Assembly (NCBI RefSeq): GCF_965655755.1
Contig: NZ_CBFHHW010000006.1
Location: 11,031-75,030, forward strand
Direction: 5' to 3'
Origin: Methylophaga sp.
Lineage (GTDB): Bacteria; Pseudomonadota; Gammaproteobacteria; Nitrosococcales; Methylophagaceae
Length of the DNA stretch: 64,000 nucleotides
The notes beneath the pieces are model-generated. The model searched no databases and was not told the DNA's origin. It saw only the letters and a program-made list of their open reading frames with translations. Positions 37,119 through 48,956 of this stretch are shown piece after piece; position 1 is the first letter of the stretch, and each line of letters begins with the position of its first letter. Made by a program: the position numbers and the translations under genes.

Positions 37119-38686
37119 TCAATCGTAGCGGGTGGTTTGCTCGAAATATCGTAAGTAACGCGTGAAATACCGGTTGTTTCGTTGATAATTCGACGCGAAA
37201 CCAAGTCCAGAAATTCATAGGGTAAGTGCGCCCAGCGCGCTGTCATAAAATCAATGGTTTCCACAGCACGCAGAGAGACGACATAGTCATAACGACGGCC
37301 ATCACCCATAACGCCGACGGATTTTACGGGCAGAAAAACAGCAAATGCCTGGCTTGTTTTATCGTAGAGATCGTGGTTTCGCAGTTCTTCGATGAAGATA
37401 TGATCGGCTTTACGTAACAGATCGGCATATTCTTTTTTGACTTCACCGAGAATACGTACCCCCAGACCCGGTCCTGGGAATGGATGGCGGTAAACCATGT
37501 CTGAGGGCAGACCCAGTTCAACACCTAATTTACGCACTTCGTCTTTGAAAAGTTCACGCAGTGGCTCAATCAACTTGAGTTTCATGTGTTCTGGTAAACC
37601 ACCGACATTGTGATGGGTTTTAATCACCTGCGCTTTACCTGTTTTGGCAGCGGCAGATTCGATTACATCGGGATAGATCGTACCTTGTGCCAGCCAGTTC
37701 ACATTTTTCAGTTTTGAGGCTTCTTCATCAAAGACTTCAACAAACTCGCGGCCGATGATTTTACGTTTTTCTTCCGGATCATTGACACCGGCAAGTTGAC
37801 TCAGAAAACGATCTTCAGCATCAACACGAATCACCTTAATACCCATGTGTTTGGCAAACATTGCCATCACTTGTTCACCTTCGTTTTCACGAAGCAAGCC
37901 GTTGTCCACGAATACACAGGTAAGCTGATCACCAATCGCCTTGTGTAACAAAGCGGCGACTACGGAAGAATCAACACCACCTGAAAGACCTAGTAATACT
38001 TCATCATCGCCTACTTGCTCACGCACGGTGGCGATGTGATCTTCAATGATATTGGCAGAAGTCCATAAGGTTTCACAGCCACAGATGTCAGTCAGGAAGC
38101 GTTCAATCATGCGTTGACCCTGAGTGGTATGGGTCACTTCAGGGTGGAATTGAACACCATAGAAATGACGTTCTTCATCAGCCATACCAGCAATCGGTGC
38201 ACTGTCTGTGCTGGCGATAACTTTAAAACCCTGAGGCATTCCAGAGACACGGTCACCATGGCTCATCCAGACATCAAGCATGCCCCAGCCTTCTTCAGTG
38301 GTGTGATCTTCGATATTCTTTAGTAGTTCGGAATGGCCGCGTGCACGAATCTGGGCATAGCCAAATTCACGATGATTGGAGGATTCAACCTGTCCGCCTA
38401 ATTGCGTGGCCATGGTTTGCATACCGTAGCAAATACCAAATACAGGCAGGCCTAATTCAAACACGACTTTTGGCGCGCTGGGTGCTTCATCGCCAATAGT
38501 AGAATCGGGACCACCGGACAAGATAATGCCTTTGGGATTGAATTCACGAATCTCGGCTTCGGTGATTTCCGGGTTACGTAATTCACAATAAACACCGGCT
38601 TCACGGATACGACGCGCGATGAGCTGCGTGTATTGCGAACCGAAATCAAGGATAAGAATACGATGATCGTGAATATTGCTGGTCAT
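37109..38686 (-). CDS. guaA: GMP synthase (glutamine-hydrolysing)
   Basis: [43 protein letters not shown]. Confidence 0.99.
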   Translation of the reverse strand: MTSNIHDHRILILDFGSQYTQLIARRIREAGVYCELRNPEITEAEIREFNPKGIILSGGPDSTIGDEAPSAPKVVFELGLPVFGICYGMQTMATQLGGQVESSNHREFGYAQIRARGHSELLKNIEDHTTEEGWGMLDVWMSHGDRVSGMPQGFKVIASTDSAPIAGMADEERHFYGVQFHPEVTHTTQGQRMIERFLTDICGCETLWTSANIIEDHIATVREQVGDDEVLLGLSGGVDSSVVAALLHKAIGDQLTCVFVDNGLLRENEGEQVMAMFAKHMGIKVIRVDAEDRFLSQLAGVNDPEEKRKIIGREFVEVFDEEASKLKNVNWLAQGTIYPDVIESAAAKTGKAQVIKTHHNVGGLPEHMKLKLIEPLRELFKDEVRKLGVELGLPSDMVYRHPFPGPGLGVRILGEVKKEYADLLRKADHIFIEELRNHDLYDKTSQAFAVFLPVKSVGVMGDGRRYDYVVSLRAVETIDFMTARWAHLPYEFLDLVSRRIINETTGISRVTYDISSKPPATIEWE

Positions 38687-38740
38687 TGAGGTTTCTTCAA
38701 CTCTGTTAATGAGAACTGCCCCGAGTGGGGCAGTGTTTTA

Positions 38741-40204
38741 TTAGTTAACGCGGTAGTTTGGCGCTTCTTTAGTGATGGTTACGTCATGGACGTGACTTTC
38801 ACTCATGCCCGCCGCGGTTACTTTGACGAATTGGGGGATGGTTCGCATCTCTTCAATAGTGGCTGAACCGGTATAGCCCATGCTGGCGCGGATACCACCA
38901 ATCAACTGGTGAACAACGGCGCCCAGACTACCTTTAAATGGAACACGACCTTCAATGCCTTCCGGTACCAGCTTGTCTGTTGCACTGGATTCCTGGAAGT
39001 AACGGTCGCTTGAACCTTGTTTTTGTGACATCGCAGCCAATGAACCCATTCCTCGGTATGACTTATAAGCCCGTCCCTGATAAAGCTCGACTTCTCCAGG
39101 CGCTTCTTCAGTACCGGCGAACATGCCACCAATCATTATGCTGTGGGCGCCGGCAACCAGCGCTTTGGCGATGTCGCCCGAGAAACGGATACCACCATCA
39201 GCAATCAATGGAACGCCGGTACCTTCAAGGGCCGTGGCGACATTGCTGATAGCGCTGATTTGAGGTACACCCACACCCGCAACAACGCGAGTAGTACAGA
39301 TAGAGCCAGGACCAATACCGACTTTTACTGCATCTGCACCGGCTTCCACTAATGCCAATGCGGCTTCCCCGGTTGCGATATTACCGCCGATGACCTGAAT
39401 TTGAGGGAAGTTTTGCTTTGTCCATTTAACTTGATCTAAAACGCCTTGTGAGTGACCGTGAGCAGTATCAACCACAATCACATCAACGCCGGCAGCAGCG
39501 AGTGCTTCGATACGCTTATTACTTTCAGCACCGATACCAACGGCAGCGCCTACACGCAAACGCTCCTGAGCGTCTTTGGACGCATGTGGATTATCCGTTT
39601 GTTTCTGAATGTCCTTGACTGTAATCATGCCGGTCAGGTGGAAGTTATCATCGACTACCAGTAACTTTTCGATACGGTTGCTATGCAACAGGTTTAAAAC
39701 TTCTTCTCGTGAAGTATCTTCCTGCACCGTAACCAGATTGGCTTTCTTGGTCATAATTTCAGAAACCGGGTTGCCGTAATGCGTTTCAAAACGCAGGTCA
39801 CGGCTAGTAACGATACCCACTAATTCTTCACCATCCACCACCGGCACTCCAGAGATGCTGTGTGCACGGGTCAAGTCAACGACTTCACCGATAGTTGTAT
39901 TGGGGGTGACCGTGATCGGATCGCGAACTACACCACTTTCAAACTTTTTGACCTTGCGAACTTCATCCGCTTGTTGCTCAATGGTCATGTTTTTGTGCAG
40001 AATACCCAGGCCGCCTTCCTGAGCCAGCGCGATGGCCAACCGACTCTCGGTGACGGTATCCATTGCAGACGAAATCAATGGTATTGTGATGGTGATGTCA
40101 CGTGTCAATTTTGTTGCAAGATTGACATCCCTTGGGAGGATATTTGAATAGGCGGGTAGTAGCAATACGTCGTCAAACGTCAGGGCTTCTTGAGCAATTC
40201 TCAT
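38741..40204 (-). CDS. guaB: IMP dehydrogenase with CBS pair
   Basis: [33 protein letters not shown]. Confidence 0.99.
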   Translation of the reverse strand: MRIAQEALTFDDVLLLPAYSNILPRDVNLATKLTRDITITIPLISSAMDTVTESRLAIALAQEGGLGILHKNMTIEQQADEVRKVKKFESGVVRDPITVTPNTTIGEVVDLTRAHSISGVPVVDGEELVGIVTSRDLRFETHYGNPVSEIMTKKANLVTVQEDTSREEVLNLLHSNRIEKLLVVDDNFHLTGMITVKDIQKQTDNPHASKDAQERLRVGAAVGIGAESNKRIEALAAAGVDVIVVDTAHGHSQGVLDQVKWTKQNFPQIQVIGGNIATGEAALALVEAGADAVKVGIGPGSICTTRVVAGVGVPQISAISNVATALEGTGVPLIADGGIRFSGDIAKALVAGAHSIMIGGMFAGTEEAPGEVELYQGRAYKSYRGMGSLAAMSQKQGSSDRYFQESSATDKLVPEGIEGRVPFKGSLGAVVHQLIGGIRASMGYTGSATIEEMRTIPQFVKVTAAGMSESHVHDVTITKEAPNYRVN

Positions 40205-40266
40205 CGGGCACGTTCCTGAAATTACTGTAAAATGATCGTGCAATTATATCAGGAAGTTCTGGGTTT

Positions 40267-41775
40267 ATGATATCTACAAATACATCTGATTCACGAGGTA
40301 CGCTGGCAAGCCGTGCTGTGAAAGATGTGTATCCGGTTTCCCGTCTGGTACGTGAAGCCCGTGTGCTGCTGGAAGGCTCTTTTCCTTTGCTTTGGGTTGA
40401 AGGCGAAATATCTAATTTGGCCATGCCAGGCTCGGGGCATATTTACTTCACGCTTAAAGACGAAGCCGCGCAAGTTCGCTGTGCCATGTTTCGTAATCGT
40501 AATCGGCAATTACGTTTTAAACCAGAAAATGGGATGCAGGTGCTGTTACGAGTCAGAGTTACTCTGTATGAAGGGCGCGGCGAGTTTCAGCTTGTCGTTG
40601 AGCACATGGAAGAAGCTGGAAGCGGCGCATTGCAGCGTGCTTATGAGGCGCTCAGACAACGGCTGGGAGAAGAAGGGCTGTTTGACGAGGCGCATAAAAA
40701 GCCGATTCCAGCGACCCCCCACACAATCGGGATTGTTTCTTCACCAGATGGTGCAGCTGTTCACGATATTTTAAGCGTGCTTAAACGCCGTTTTCCCTCG
40801 GTGGCGGTGATTCTTTACCCGGTGGCGGTACAGGGAGATGATTCAGCCAGACAGTTGGTCGATGCCATTAATCTTGCTGAGTATAGACAAGAATGTGATG
40901 TACTCATCATAGGTCGTGGCGGAGGTTCGCTGGAAGATTTATGGAGTTTTAACGATGAGAAACTGGCAAGAACGCTGTTTAGTTGTTCATTGCCGGTTAT
41001 TTCAGCGGTGGGCCATGAAATAGATTTCACCATTGCTGATTTTGTTGCCGATGTCAGGGCGCCGACCCCTTCCGCGGCGGCTGAGATCGCTGTACCGGAT
41101 GCCAAGCAATTGCTGGCAAACATTCTGGGATTAAAACAGCGGCTGACAGGGATGATTCGACAGTGGCTTGCCACAGAGCAACGTCATTTGCAGCATCTAC
41201 AACGTCGTTTGCCACGTCCCGACGTGCAATTAAAACAACAAAAGCAGGTGTTAAGCCAGCAAAGCAGACTACTCGACTCTGCCTGGCAGCGTGCTGTGAC
41301 GAGCAGACAGCAAAAGCTGGATTTTTTGACTGCAAGGCTTAAACATCCCCGGGCACAAATCGATAAGCAACAGTCCAGATTGTCTGCCTTGACGCATCGA
41401 CTGACACAGGCGTTCAGAGCTGAATTGAAACAAACAGAAACGGCGCTAAGCAGTTTGCAACATCGTTTGCAGCGTCAATTGCCGGAACAGGCTGTGGCAC
41501 ACCATCGACATGCACTCAATAGCCTCAGTAAACAACTCAACAGACTTATGTTGTTGCGACTGGATAAGGCGAAACACGGTTTATCACAGCAGGTTAGAAC
41601 GTTAGATGCCGTGAGTCCGCTCAATACCCTTGAACGCGGTTACAGTATTACTACACGGAAATCGAATGCCGAAGTATTGACCCGGGCTGATGATGTTGAG
41701 GTCGGTGAAACGATTCAAGTACGCTTATTGAAAGGTCATCTGGCATGTGAGGTGAAAGGTGTGTCTGAAAAATAG
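40267..41775 (+). CDS. xseA: Exodeoxyribonuclease VII large subunit
   Basis: WVEGEISN, SGHIYFTLKD, GRGGGSLEDLWSFN, SAVGHE.D, LSPL.TL.RGY. Confidence 0.97.
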   Translation: MISTNTSDSRGTLASRAVKDVYPVSRLVREARVLLEGSFPLLWVEGEISNLAMPGSGHIYFTLKDEAAQVRCAMFRNRNRQLRFKPENGMQVLLRVRVTLYEGRGEFQLVVEHMEEAGSGALQRAYEALRQRLGEEGLFDEAHKKPIPATPHTIGIVSSPDGAAVHDILSVLKRRFPSVAVILYPVAVQGDDSARQLVDAINLAEYRQECDVLIIGRGGGSLEDLWSFNDEKLARTLFSCSLPVISAVGHEIDFTIADFVADVRAPTPSAAAEIAVPDAKQLLANILGLKQRLTGMIRQWLATEQRHLQHLQRRLPRPDVQLKQQKQVLSQQSRLLDSAWQRAVTSRQQKLDFLTARLKHPRAQIDKQQSRLSALTHRLTQAFRAELKQTETALSSLQHRLQRQLPEQAVAHHRHALNSLSKQLNRLMLLRLDKAKHGLSQQVRTLDAVSPLNTLERGYSITTRKSNAEVLTRADDVEVGETIQVRLLKGHLACEVKGVSEK

Positions 41776-42601
41776 AGTATTGCTCGGTCTGTTACTGCTA
41801 TTTTCATCGCCGGTCTTTGCTTCTGAACTGCCACAACAATCACCGGTTCCCGGTGGTGTCATGATCATTCCTTTATCAGCACAAAATAAAATGAAACCGG
41901 AAGTGGTTTTTCAGGGTAAGCCGGTAATGGTGGTAGCGTCTGATGGGCGGTGGAAAGCTGTGCTCGGTGTTCCGCTCGCTCTAAAGCCGGGTACACACAA
42001 AGTGGTCGTTACTCGTGGGGATGAAAAAAGCACGGTGTTGTTTGATATTAAAGATAAACAGTATCCGACTCAGCACATTACGATCAAAAACAAGCGCAAG
42101 GTGAACCCAAACCAGTACGATATGAAGCGCATTAACAGCGAGACAGCTCGCATTGATGCAGCTTTACAGCAATGGACCGAAAAAGCGTCTATCCCTTTTG
42201 ATTTTATTTGGCCGCTGAAAGGACGGGTCAGTGGATTATTTGGACGTCGTCGTGTTTTCAACGGTGAACCTCGGAAACCACACAGCGGGATGGACATTGC
42301 TGCCGCCACAGGGACTATTATTCAGGCACCGGCTGAGGGCATTGTTCGAGGCACCGGACATTATTTTTTCAATGGCAATACGGTATTCATCGATCACGGA
42401 CAAGGCCTTGTGACGATGTTTTGCCATCTGGAGCAGATTACAGTCGAGGATGGCCAGGCAATCAGACAGGGTGAGAAGATTGGTACCGTGGGTGCGACTG
42501 GACGAGTCACGGGTCCTCATCTGCATTTAGGGGTGAGTCTTAACGATGAAAGGGTAGAACCGACCTTATTTTTCCCGCCACAAAGCGCATTGAAACACTG
42601 A
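41759..42601 (+). CDS. M23-family peptidase with N-terminal DUF
   Basis: VPGGV.II, HSGMDIA (HxxxD), GPHLH. Confidence 0.92.
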   Translation: MCLKNRVLLGLLLLFSSPVFASELPQQSPVPGGVMIIPLSAQNKMKPEVVFQGKPVMVVASDGRWKAVLGVPLALKPGTHKVVVTRGDEKSTVLFDIKDKQYPTQHITIKNKRKVNPNQYDMKRINSETARIDAALQQWTEKASIPFDFIWPLKGRVSGLFGRRRVFNGEPRKPHSGMDIAAATGTIIQAPAEGIVRGTGHYFFNGNTVFIDHGQGLVTMFCHLEQITVEDGQAIRQGEKIGTVGATGRVTGPHLHLGVSLNDERVEPTLFFPPQSALKH

Positions 42602-42602
42602 G

Positions 42603-45290
42603 TTACAAGTAAGGCTGTAATGCACGCGTCAGTAAACTGAAGTCGATTGGTTTGGTGATATAGGCTTTGAATAGATCTTCAGCAGCCTCAATATTTTCTT
42701 CCATCGCAGCAGCGGTTAATGCGATTATCGGAATATCAGCATATTCAGGCGTTTCACGTAATTTTCGAGTGGCTTCCAGGCCGCTCATGCCTGGTAAATT
42801 AATGTCCATCAGAATGACATCGGGTTTTAGCGTTTCGAGTAAATCAAAACCTGCCTCTGCGTCCTCACAGATATGTAATTCAACGTGTTTAAAACGAGAG
42901 AAAAAAACCTCTATCAGGCGAATATTGGCAGGATTATCTTCGATATAAATGACTTGTTTTATGGGAGTATAAGATTCGCTGTCGCTCTTACGTTGTAATA
43001 AAGACAATTCCTGCTGTTTAAGATTGTCGAGTTCTTTGAGCCTATTTTTCTGTTCGTTGGCCAGTGGCAATTCTATCCAGAAGCTACTACCCTGACCAAG
43101 CGTGCTGACAAAATCAATTTTGCCGCCCATCGCTTCCAACAACCGCCTACTGACACTTAAACCAACGCCTGTGCCTGCGATGTTACGTTGCTGTCCAAGT
43201 CGCTCAAAGGCAGTGAAGACTTGCTCTTGTTTTTCTTCGGCAATACCGATGCCTGTGTCAGTGACAGTTAGTTTCAAGGTGCTGTTTTGCGTTTGCACAG
43301 TGGCACTGATCAAAACTCTGCCATCGGTTTTATTATATTTGATGGCATTACTGACTAAATGAATAAAGACTTGTTTAAGTTTGGTGAAGTCGGTAATGAC
43401 AACGGCATCAGTCCCATCTTTAAGTTCAATCTGAACTTGGTGCTGTTGAGCTAATGTTGTCAGAAGGGGCATGCAATCCTCGAATACGGACGCAATAGGC
43501 ACATGATCGTCTGAGGTTTTTATTTGGCCTGATTCAATCTCAGAAAGCTCTAACACGTCATTGATCAAAGCCTGCAGATGTTTGCCACAATGCAGGATCT
43601 GATTAATATTGTATTTTTGATCTTGGTCGAGGTTTTTCTCTTTGTCACTTAACAGCAACTGTGAAAAACCGAGAATCCCATTCAGTGGCGTTCGTAACTC
43701 ATGGCTCATGGCGGACAAAAATTCGGACTTGGCATTATTCGCCCGTTCAGCTTCATGCTTGGCTGCCATTAACGCCCGTTTTTCTGCTTTTTGTTGGCTC
43801 ATATCTCTAGCAATACCAGTGAAAAGGTATTGTCCTTCCCACTTAAAGTCACTGAGCGTGAGCTCTATCGGAAAAGTACGGCCATTTTTATGTAGCGCTT
43901 CAACCTCAACGGGTTTGCCTATAATGCGGGTTTGTTCAGTAGACAGGAAGCGTGCCATACCGAGTTTATGCAGATCTCGGTAACTTGCCGGCATCAGTTT
44001 AGTGATGTTCAGTCCAATCACTTCACTGGGTTGATAACCAAACAGCTTGATAGAGGCCTTATTGTAGTTTTCGATAATCCCTGATTGATTTATCGTGATA
44101 ACACTGTCAATCGTGTTATTAAGCAGGGTCTGTAAGCGAAGACTTTCGTGACGAGCACTGGCTTCTAATGCTTCACGTTTATGCAGTTCATCTTCAAGAG
44201 ATTGTGTTTGCTGACGAATTTCCGAAGTTAGTTTCTTATTATGATGATGTTTGAGCAGAAAGCCCAATAACGCCAGCAGGGTGATTAAACCCAGACCGAA
44301 GTACAACCATGTCGGTTGGCTTATTTCAGTTTGAGGTTGCTGATAAATGAAATCATCCAATTCATCGACTTCGTCATAAAGTCCGAGTTGTTGATATGTC
44401 CGGGCAATTTCTAGCCATCGTTCAGTCGTCATATGACCAAAATCAACAGTCGGGTAGAGACTTAGTTTTAATAACTGATCCGCTTCAAATTGTAAGTGTG
44501 AGCGACTTTTATTTTGTGGATTGTATTTCTCGATGATTAGATCAATGGTTTCTTCGCGATGTGTCGCTGCATAACGCCAGCCTTTGTATGTTGCTTCCCT
44601 GAACGTTTTAACGACTTCTGGATTTTTATTGAGGTAATCTTGTGATGTAAACAGGATATCGCTGTAAAAATTAATATTGTAATCTTTCGGTGCGATGGTG
44701 CGGTATGGCACACCCCGTCTTGCCATCAAGAAGGGTTCGTTTGAAATATAGGCTGTGAGACCGTCCACCCGGCCATTAATCAGATGCTCAATATCCGAAT
44801 CGGAGGGTGAAACGAAGTTAATTTTGCTGGGATCAATATTTTGCTTGAGAAAGATGGCCGCAAGATCATCAGCATAAGATTGTCGGGTCAGGGTTTTATT
44901 AATAAAGTCTGATGCAGAATAAATGCCGGAATCAGCAGTGACTAACCAAACATAGGGACTGTCCTGAAATGTCGCACCCAGTGCAACCAAAGGGCGACCT
45001 TTGAGATATTCAACAACGATCCCTGTTCCAGACATACCAAAGTCTACATCGCCGCTTTCGACTTCATCGTAAGGATGGGTGAACCCGGTTTGGATGTCTA
45101 CATCGAGCCCGGCCTGTTCATAAAAGCCATTCTCTTTGGCGGCATAGATGCCGGCGAACTGGAATTGATGTTGCCACTGTAATTTGATAACCACATTATG
45201 TTGATGAGATGGCGTGGTCACATCTTCGTGTGCATTCACGTGCCAAGAGGCTAGCAAAATAACGAAGAGTAATAGGTGATTCAGAGTCAT
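42603..45290 (-). CDS. Hybrid sensor kinase: NMT1/THI5-like binding domain, TM, PAS, HisKA, HATPase, REC
   Basis: LQWQHQFQFAGIYAA..GFY, PAS HKNGRTFPIEL, MSHELRTPLNG, GTGVGL, DINLPGMSG. Confidence 0.92.
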   Translation of the reverse strand: MTLNHLLLFVILLASWHVNAHEDVTTPSHQHNVVIKLQWQHQFQFAGIYAAKENGFYEQAGLDVDIQTGFTHPYDEVESGDVDFGMSGTGIVVEYLKGRPLVALGATFQDSPYVWLVTADSGIYSASDFINKTLTRQSYADDLAAIFLKQNIDPSKINFVSPSDSDIEHLINGRVDGLTAYISNEPFLMARRGVPYRTIAPKDYNINFYSDILFTSQDYLNKNPEVVKTFREATYKGWRYAATHREETIDLIIEKYNPQNKSRSHLQFEADQLLKLSLYPTVDFGHMTTERWLEIARTYQQLGLYDEVDELDDFIYQQPQTEISQPTWLYFGLGLITLLALLGFLLKHHHNKKLTSEIRQQTQSLEDELHKREALEASARHESLRLQTLLNNTIDSVITINQSGIIENYNKASIKLFGYQPSEVIGLNITKLMPASYRDLHKLGMARFLSTEQTRIIGKPVEVEALHKNGRTFPIELTLSDFKWEGQYLFTGIARDMSQQKAEKRALMAAKHEAERANNAKSEFLSAMSHELRTPLNGILGFSQLLLSDKEKNLDQDQKYNINQILHCGKHLQALINDVLELSEIESGQIKTSDDHVPIASVFEDCMPLLTTLAQQHQVQIELKDGTDAVVITDFTKLKQVFIHLVSNAIKYNKTDGRVLISATVQTQNSTLKLTVTDTGIGIAEEKQEQVFTAFERLGQQRNIAGTGVGLSVSRRLLEAMGGKIDFVSTLGQGSSFWIELPLANEQKNRLKELDNLKQQELSLLQRKSDSESYTPIKQVIYIEDNPANIRLIEVFFSRFKHVELHICEDAEAGFDLLETLKPDVILMDINLPGMSGLEATRKLRETPEYADIPIIALTAAAMEENIEAAEDLFKAYITKPIDFSLLTRALQPYL

Positions 45291-45358
45291 GTTTGGCGGT
45301 GCATCCAGTGAGTTTGCATAGTACCGTAACCGTTCAGGTTTACGCTACTGAAATACAC

Positions 45359-46084
45359 TTACATTCTGAAATCACGGCCCAAATAAACGCTCAATACCTT
45401 TTTATCCTTAAGTATTTCATCAGGTGTGCCGCGAGCGATAACTTCGCCTTCATTGAATATATAAGCGCGCTGGCATACATTAAGTGTTTCCCGCACATTA
45501 TGGTCTGTAATTAATATACCAATACCACGTTCAGCCAGTTCTTTGATTATTCCCTGAATATCTAATACCGAGATAGGGTCAACCCCTGCGAATGGCTCAT
45601 CCAGCAAAATAAATTGTGGGTCCATCGCCAAAGCGCGGGCTATCTCAACCCGTCTTCTTTCACCACCTGATAAGGCCATACCCTTGGATTTGCGGATATG
45701 GTCAATATGAAAATCTGCCAGTAGACGTTCCAGCAGATCGTGCTTCTGGTCTGTATCAAGTTCATCCCGGGTTTCGATAATGGCATACAGATTATCTTCA
45801 ACACTCAGTTTGCGAAATACCGAGGCTTCCTGAGGTAAATAACCAATTCCCAGTCTGGCTCTGTCATGAATGGGATATTCCGTCAGTTCCTGTTGATCCA
45901 GATAAATGTAGCCATAATCGACCGGAATTAAACCAACAATCATGTAAAAGCTTGTCGTCTTACCGGCACCATTTGGCCCTAGTAGACCAACAATTTCGCC
46001 ACTTTTTACATCCAGCGAAATGTCCTTGACGACTTGACGGTCACCATAGCGTTTTGCCAGTTGCTGTGCAGATAACATGCTCAT
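45359..46084 (-). CDS. lptB: LPS export ATPase LptB
   Basis: [34 protein letters not shown]. Confidence 0.98.
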   Translation of the reverse strand: MSMLSAQQLAKRYGDRQVVKDISLDVKSGEIVGLLGPNGAGKTTSFYMIVGLIPVDYGYIYLDQQELTEYPIHDRARLGIGYLPQEASVFRKLSVEDNLYAIIETRDELDTDQKHDLLERLLADFHIDHIRKSKGMALSGGERRRVEIARALAMDPQFILLDEPFAGVDPISVLDIQGIIKELAERGIGILITDHNVRETLNVCQRAYIFNEGEVIARGTPDEILKDKKVLSVYLGRDFRM

Positions 46085-46098
46085 TGACTTAAGCGGGG

Positions 46099-46911
46099 CT
46101 ATTTAATGTAACGGCTGTTGACCCAGCCAATCACGACTTCACCGTCGATCGTACCTCGTACCTGAGCCCAGGCTTCCTGCCGTGTTAGTACAATCACTTC
46201 CAGTGAAGGAGCGAAGGTACCGATTTTGAGATAATGCGTACCTGGACCCGATCGCACATTAAGTGCTGTGGTGGTCATCGCTGTAGGGTAGCCTTTATCT
46301 GCTTTGTCAGTATTTGAAACAGAGCTGTTAGTGTCAGCAGCCGGGGCTGCTTGTTTATCCGTTTTGGGGGTGTCAGGCGTCGTTTTCTTTTTGTTGCCTG
46401 GAGGCTGAATAATGATGTGTACACGCCCTTTTTCCTTCTTTTCACCGCCGACAGAAACCGGGGCAGAGTTGGCTGTGACCACATTTCTTTCAATATCGTA
46501 TTCGATTCGGTTGCCGGTGAATTCATCACCAGATTGCCAGACATGCCCTTCGCCAATTAGGTAAATTTTCTGACGACCGGCAAAATATTCCATTTGTAAT
46601 GCTTTGGCACGGACAGGTGCTTCACCGGGTTTATGCACTTGTTTATAAGTAGCCCGTTTACCCTGAGCCACCATTTTTTCAATTTGTTTATTTTCGTCGT
46701 AGTAAAAGGTGATGATGTCACCTTCAATACGCAATGTGCCCTGAGTCAGAATGGCATCACCTTTATATTGAGTGACGCCTTCACGATCATCGAGTTGAGC
46801 GTGATCGGCTTCTATATTAATCGGTTGTTCGCGATCACTGGGTAGTGCCCAACTTAATGTGGGTAAAACCAGCAATAGAATCGTGACTAATTTATTTTGC
46901 AGGGGCATCAT
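46099..46911 (-). CDS. lptA: LPS transport protein LptA with C-terminal SH3b domain
   Basis: [34 protein letters not shown]; linker; LNVRSGPGT...GWV. Confidence 0.88.
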   Translation of the reverse strand: MMPLQNKLVTILLLVLPTLSWALPSDREQPINIEADHAQLDDREGVTQYKGDAILTQGTLRIEGDIITFYYDENKQIEKMVAQGKRATYKQVHKPGEAPVRAKALQMEYFAGRQKIYLIGEGHVWQSGDEFTGNRIEYDIERNVVTANSAPVSVGGEKKEKGRVHIIIQPPGNKKKTTPDTPKTDKQAAPAADTNSSVSNTDKADKGYPTAMTTTALNVRSGPGTHYLKIGTFAPSLEVIVLTRQEAWAQVRGTIDGEVVIGWVNSRYIK

Positions 46912-47461
46912 ATTGTCCTTTCACTCTTGAGTGCAGGTTGATTGTTTCATCGTTTAAAGCGGCATGTAAGCCCACAGATTCTGTGTCACCCTGGGGTGAG
47001 TGAATAGTGACAGGTTGATCCGTGTAGGCCGTATTTAACTTGGTATCTAAGGTCAATTTTTCTGTCAGCATTTGAAACGAGGGATTATCTTTATTGGTGA
47101 TAATAACATTTCCTGTCAGCAGGATAGTGTCAGCATCACCTTGGGTCTGTCCCAGCTCTGACTCAATGATCCAGGCATCCTGACCCGGCTCTAGGAACTC
47201 GGTAATGGGATCAATCATTTCTGTGGAATCATCTTTCGGATAATGAGCCATTTCCTTGCCTTTGATAACCCGATCTGGCGTGCCATCAATATCCATAATG
47301 GTCATCGTAAAATCTGTCATAGCGTAATCACTGGTGCGTGTTGTCTGATTTTGCATATCAGGTTGCGTAACCTCATTATCAAGCAAAAGCCAGACACCAA
47401 TCATAAATACCGCAACGATAGCCAATTTGACGGGTAAAGAAAGTTTAGAAATGGCGTTCAA
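46892..47461 (-). CDS. lptC: LPS export protein LptC
   Basis: N-terminal anchor, HYPKDDST, YTDQPVTI, L.SRVKGQY; position between kdsC and lptA. Confidence 0.9.
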   Translation of the reverse strand: MNAISKLSLPVKLAIVAVFMIGVWLLLDNEVTQPDMQNQTTRTSDYAMTDFTMTIMDIDGTPDRVIKGKEMAHYPKDDSTEMIDPITEFLEPGQDAWIIESELGQTQGDADTILLTGNVIITNKDNPSFQMLTEKLTLDTKLNTAYTDQPVTIHSPQGDTESVGLHAALNDETINLHSRVKGQYDAPAK

Positions 47462-47966
47462 TTTGATCTTGCAGGTTGCCCTGTCCTTCCATAATTAATT
47501 CACAGACTTCACGAGCAGCACCATGACCACCGTTTGAAGGTGTGATCCAATGCGCATGTTTTTTGACCACAGCATCAGCGTCTTGAACAGCCACGGCCAG
47601 ACCGACACGACTCATAATCGATAAATCAACCCAGTCATCACCCACATAGGCGCACTCATCCGCTGACAGACCCAATTCCCTTACTAAGGCTTCAAACACA
47701 GGCAGTTTGATTCGTTTGCCTTGATAAACATGTTTTATACCCAAGCTGGTCATGCGGTGCTCGACCGTTTTAGATGTACGTCCGGTGATAATCGCAATTT
47801 CGACACCGGTATACTGCAGCAGTTTCATGCCATGACCGTCACGTGAATGAAACGCTTTATACTCCTCACCATCGTCGCCAATAATGATTCGGCCGTCGGT
47901 TAAGACGCCGTCGACATCAAACACAACTAGTTTAATTTTTTTTGCCTTTTCCAGAATATCCTGCAT
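47445..47966 (-). CDS. kdsC: KDO 8-phosphate phosphatase
   Basis: FDVDGVLTDG, IITGR, VGDDWVD, GGHGAARE. Confidence 0.95.
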   Translation of the reverse strand: MQDILEKAKKIKLVVFDVDGVLTDGRIIIGDDGEEYKAFHSRDGHGMKLLQYTGVEIAIITGRTSKTVEHRMTSLGIKHVYQGKRIKLPVFEALVRELGLSADECAYVGDDWVDLSIMSRVGLAVAVQDADAVVKKHAHWITPSNGGHGAAREVCELIMEGQGNLQDQIERHF

Positions 47967-47978
47967 GTTTGTTTCCTG

Positions 47979-48956
47979 TTAAACCACACCTGCGCGAAGC
48001 AAATCGTGCATATTGATAGCGCCCTGTAATTGTTGCTTTTCATCAAGGATGAGTAAGGCATTAATTTTGAAGCGTTGCATCAACTCAAGAGCCTCTGCAG
48101 CCAGCATATCCGGGCGTCCGGTTTTACATTCATGAGTGACATAATCTGATAATGGCTGGGTATGAATATTAATTTCCTGTGCCAAAACGCGACGTAAGTC
48201 ACCATCGGTAAAAATGCCGACGATTTCATTATTGGCATTTGATACTGCAGTCATTCCCAGACCTTTAGCAGACATTTCGATTAATGCTTCGCTAATCAAC
48301 ACGGACTCATCGACTCGAGGCACGGCGATACCGGTATGCATAATATCGCTGACATGCAACAACAAACGACGACCTAATAAACCACCGGGATGTGACATGG
48401 CAAAATCTTCGGCAGTAAACCCCCTGGCCTCAAGCAGCGCGACGGCCAGCGCATCACCCATTACTAAGGCGGCTGTGGTGCTTGAAGTAGGGGCAAGGCC
48501 AAGCGGACATGCTTCACGTTCAACGCTGACATCAATGTGGGCATCAGCGCATTTTCCCAGCGTGGAATCCGGTTTGCCTGTCATTGCAACGAAGGGTACG
48601 CCCAAACGTTTTATCAGCGGCAAAATAGTCAGGATTTCGGTTGTTTCACCGGAGTTGGATAAAGCCAAAACCACATCTTTGTCGGTGATCATACCCATAT
48701 CACCATGGCTTGCTTCACCAGGATGAACGAAAAAAGCCGGTGTGCCAGTACTGGCTAATGTGGCAGCAATCTTACCGCCGATGTGGCCGGATTTACCCAT
48801 GCCTATTACGACAATGCGACCGTCACAGGCAAGCATATAATCACAGGCTTTCAAAAACGCTTCATTGATGCGCTCACGTAACGCTGTAATGGCAGATAGT
48901 TCAGTATCAAGTACTGCTAAAGCCAATTTTTTCAACTTGTCGTGTTCGATTGTCAT
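47979..48956 (-). CDS. kdsD: Arabinose 5-phosphate isomerase (SIS+CBS)
   Basis: GMGKSGHIG, HPGEASHGDMG, APTSSTT, HPGG.LG. Confidence 0.97.
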   Translation of the reverse strand: MTIEHDKLKKLALAVLDTELSAITALRERINEAFLKACDYMLACDGRIVVIGMGKSGHIGGKIAATLASTGTPAFFVHPGEASHGDMGMITDKDVVLALSNSGETTEILTILPLIKRLGVPFVAMTGKPDSTLGKCADAHIDVSVEREACPLGLAPTSSTTAALVMGDALAVALLEARGFTAEDFAMSHPGGLLGRRLLLHVSDIMHTGIAVPRVDESVLISEALIEMSAKGLGMTAVSNANNEIVGIFTDGDLRRVLAQEINIHTQPLSDYVTHECKTGRPDMLAAEALELMQRFKINALLILDEKQQLQGAINMHDLLRAGVV

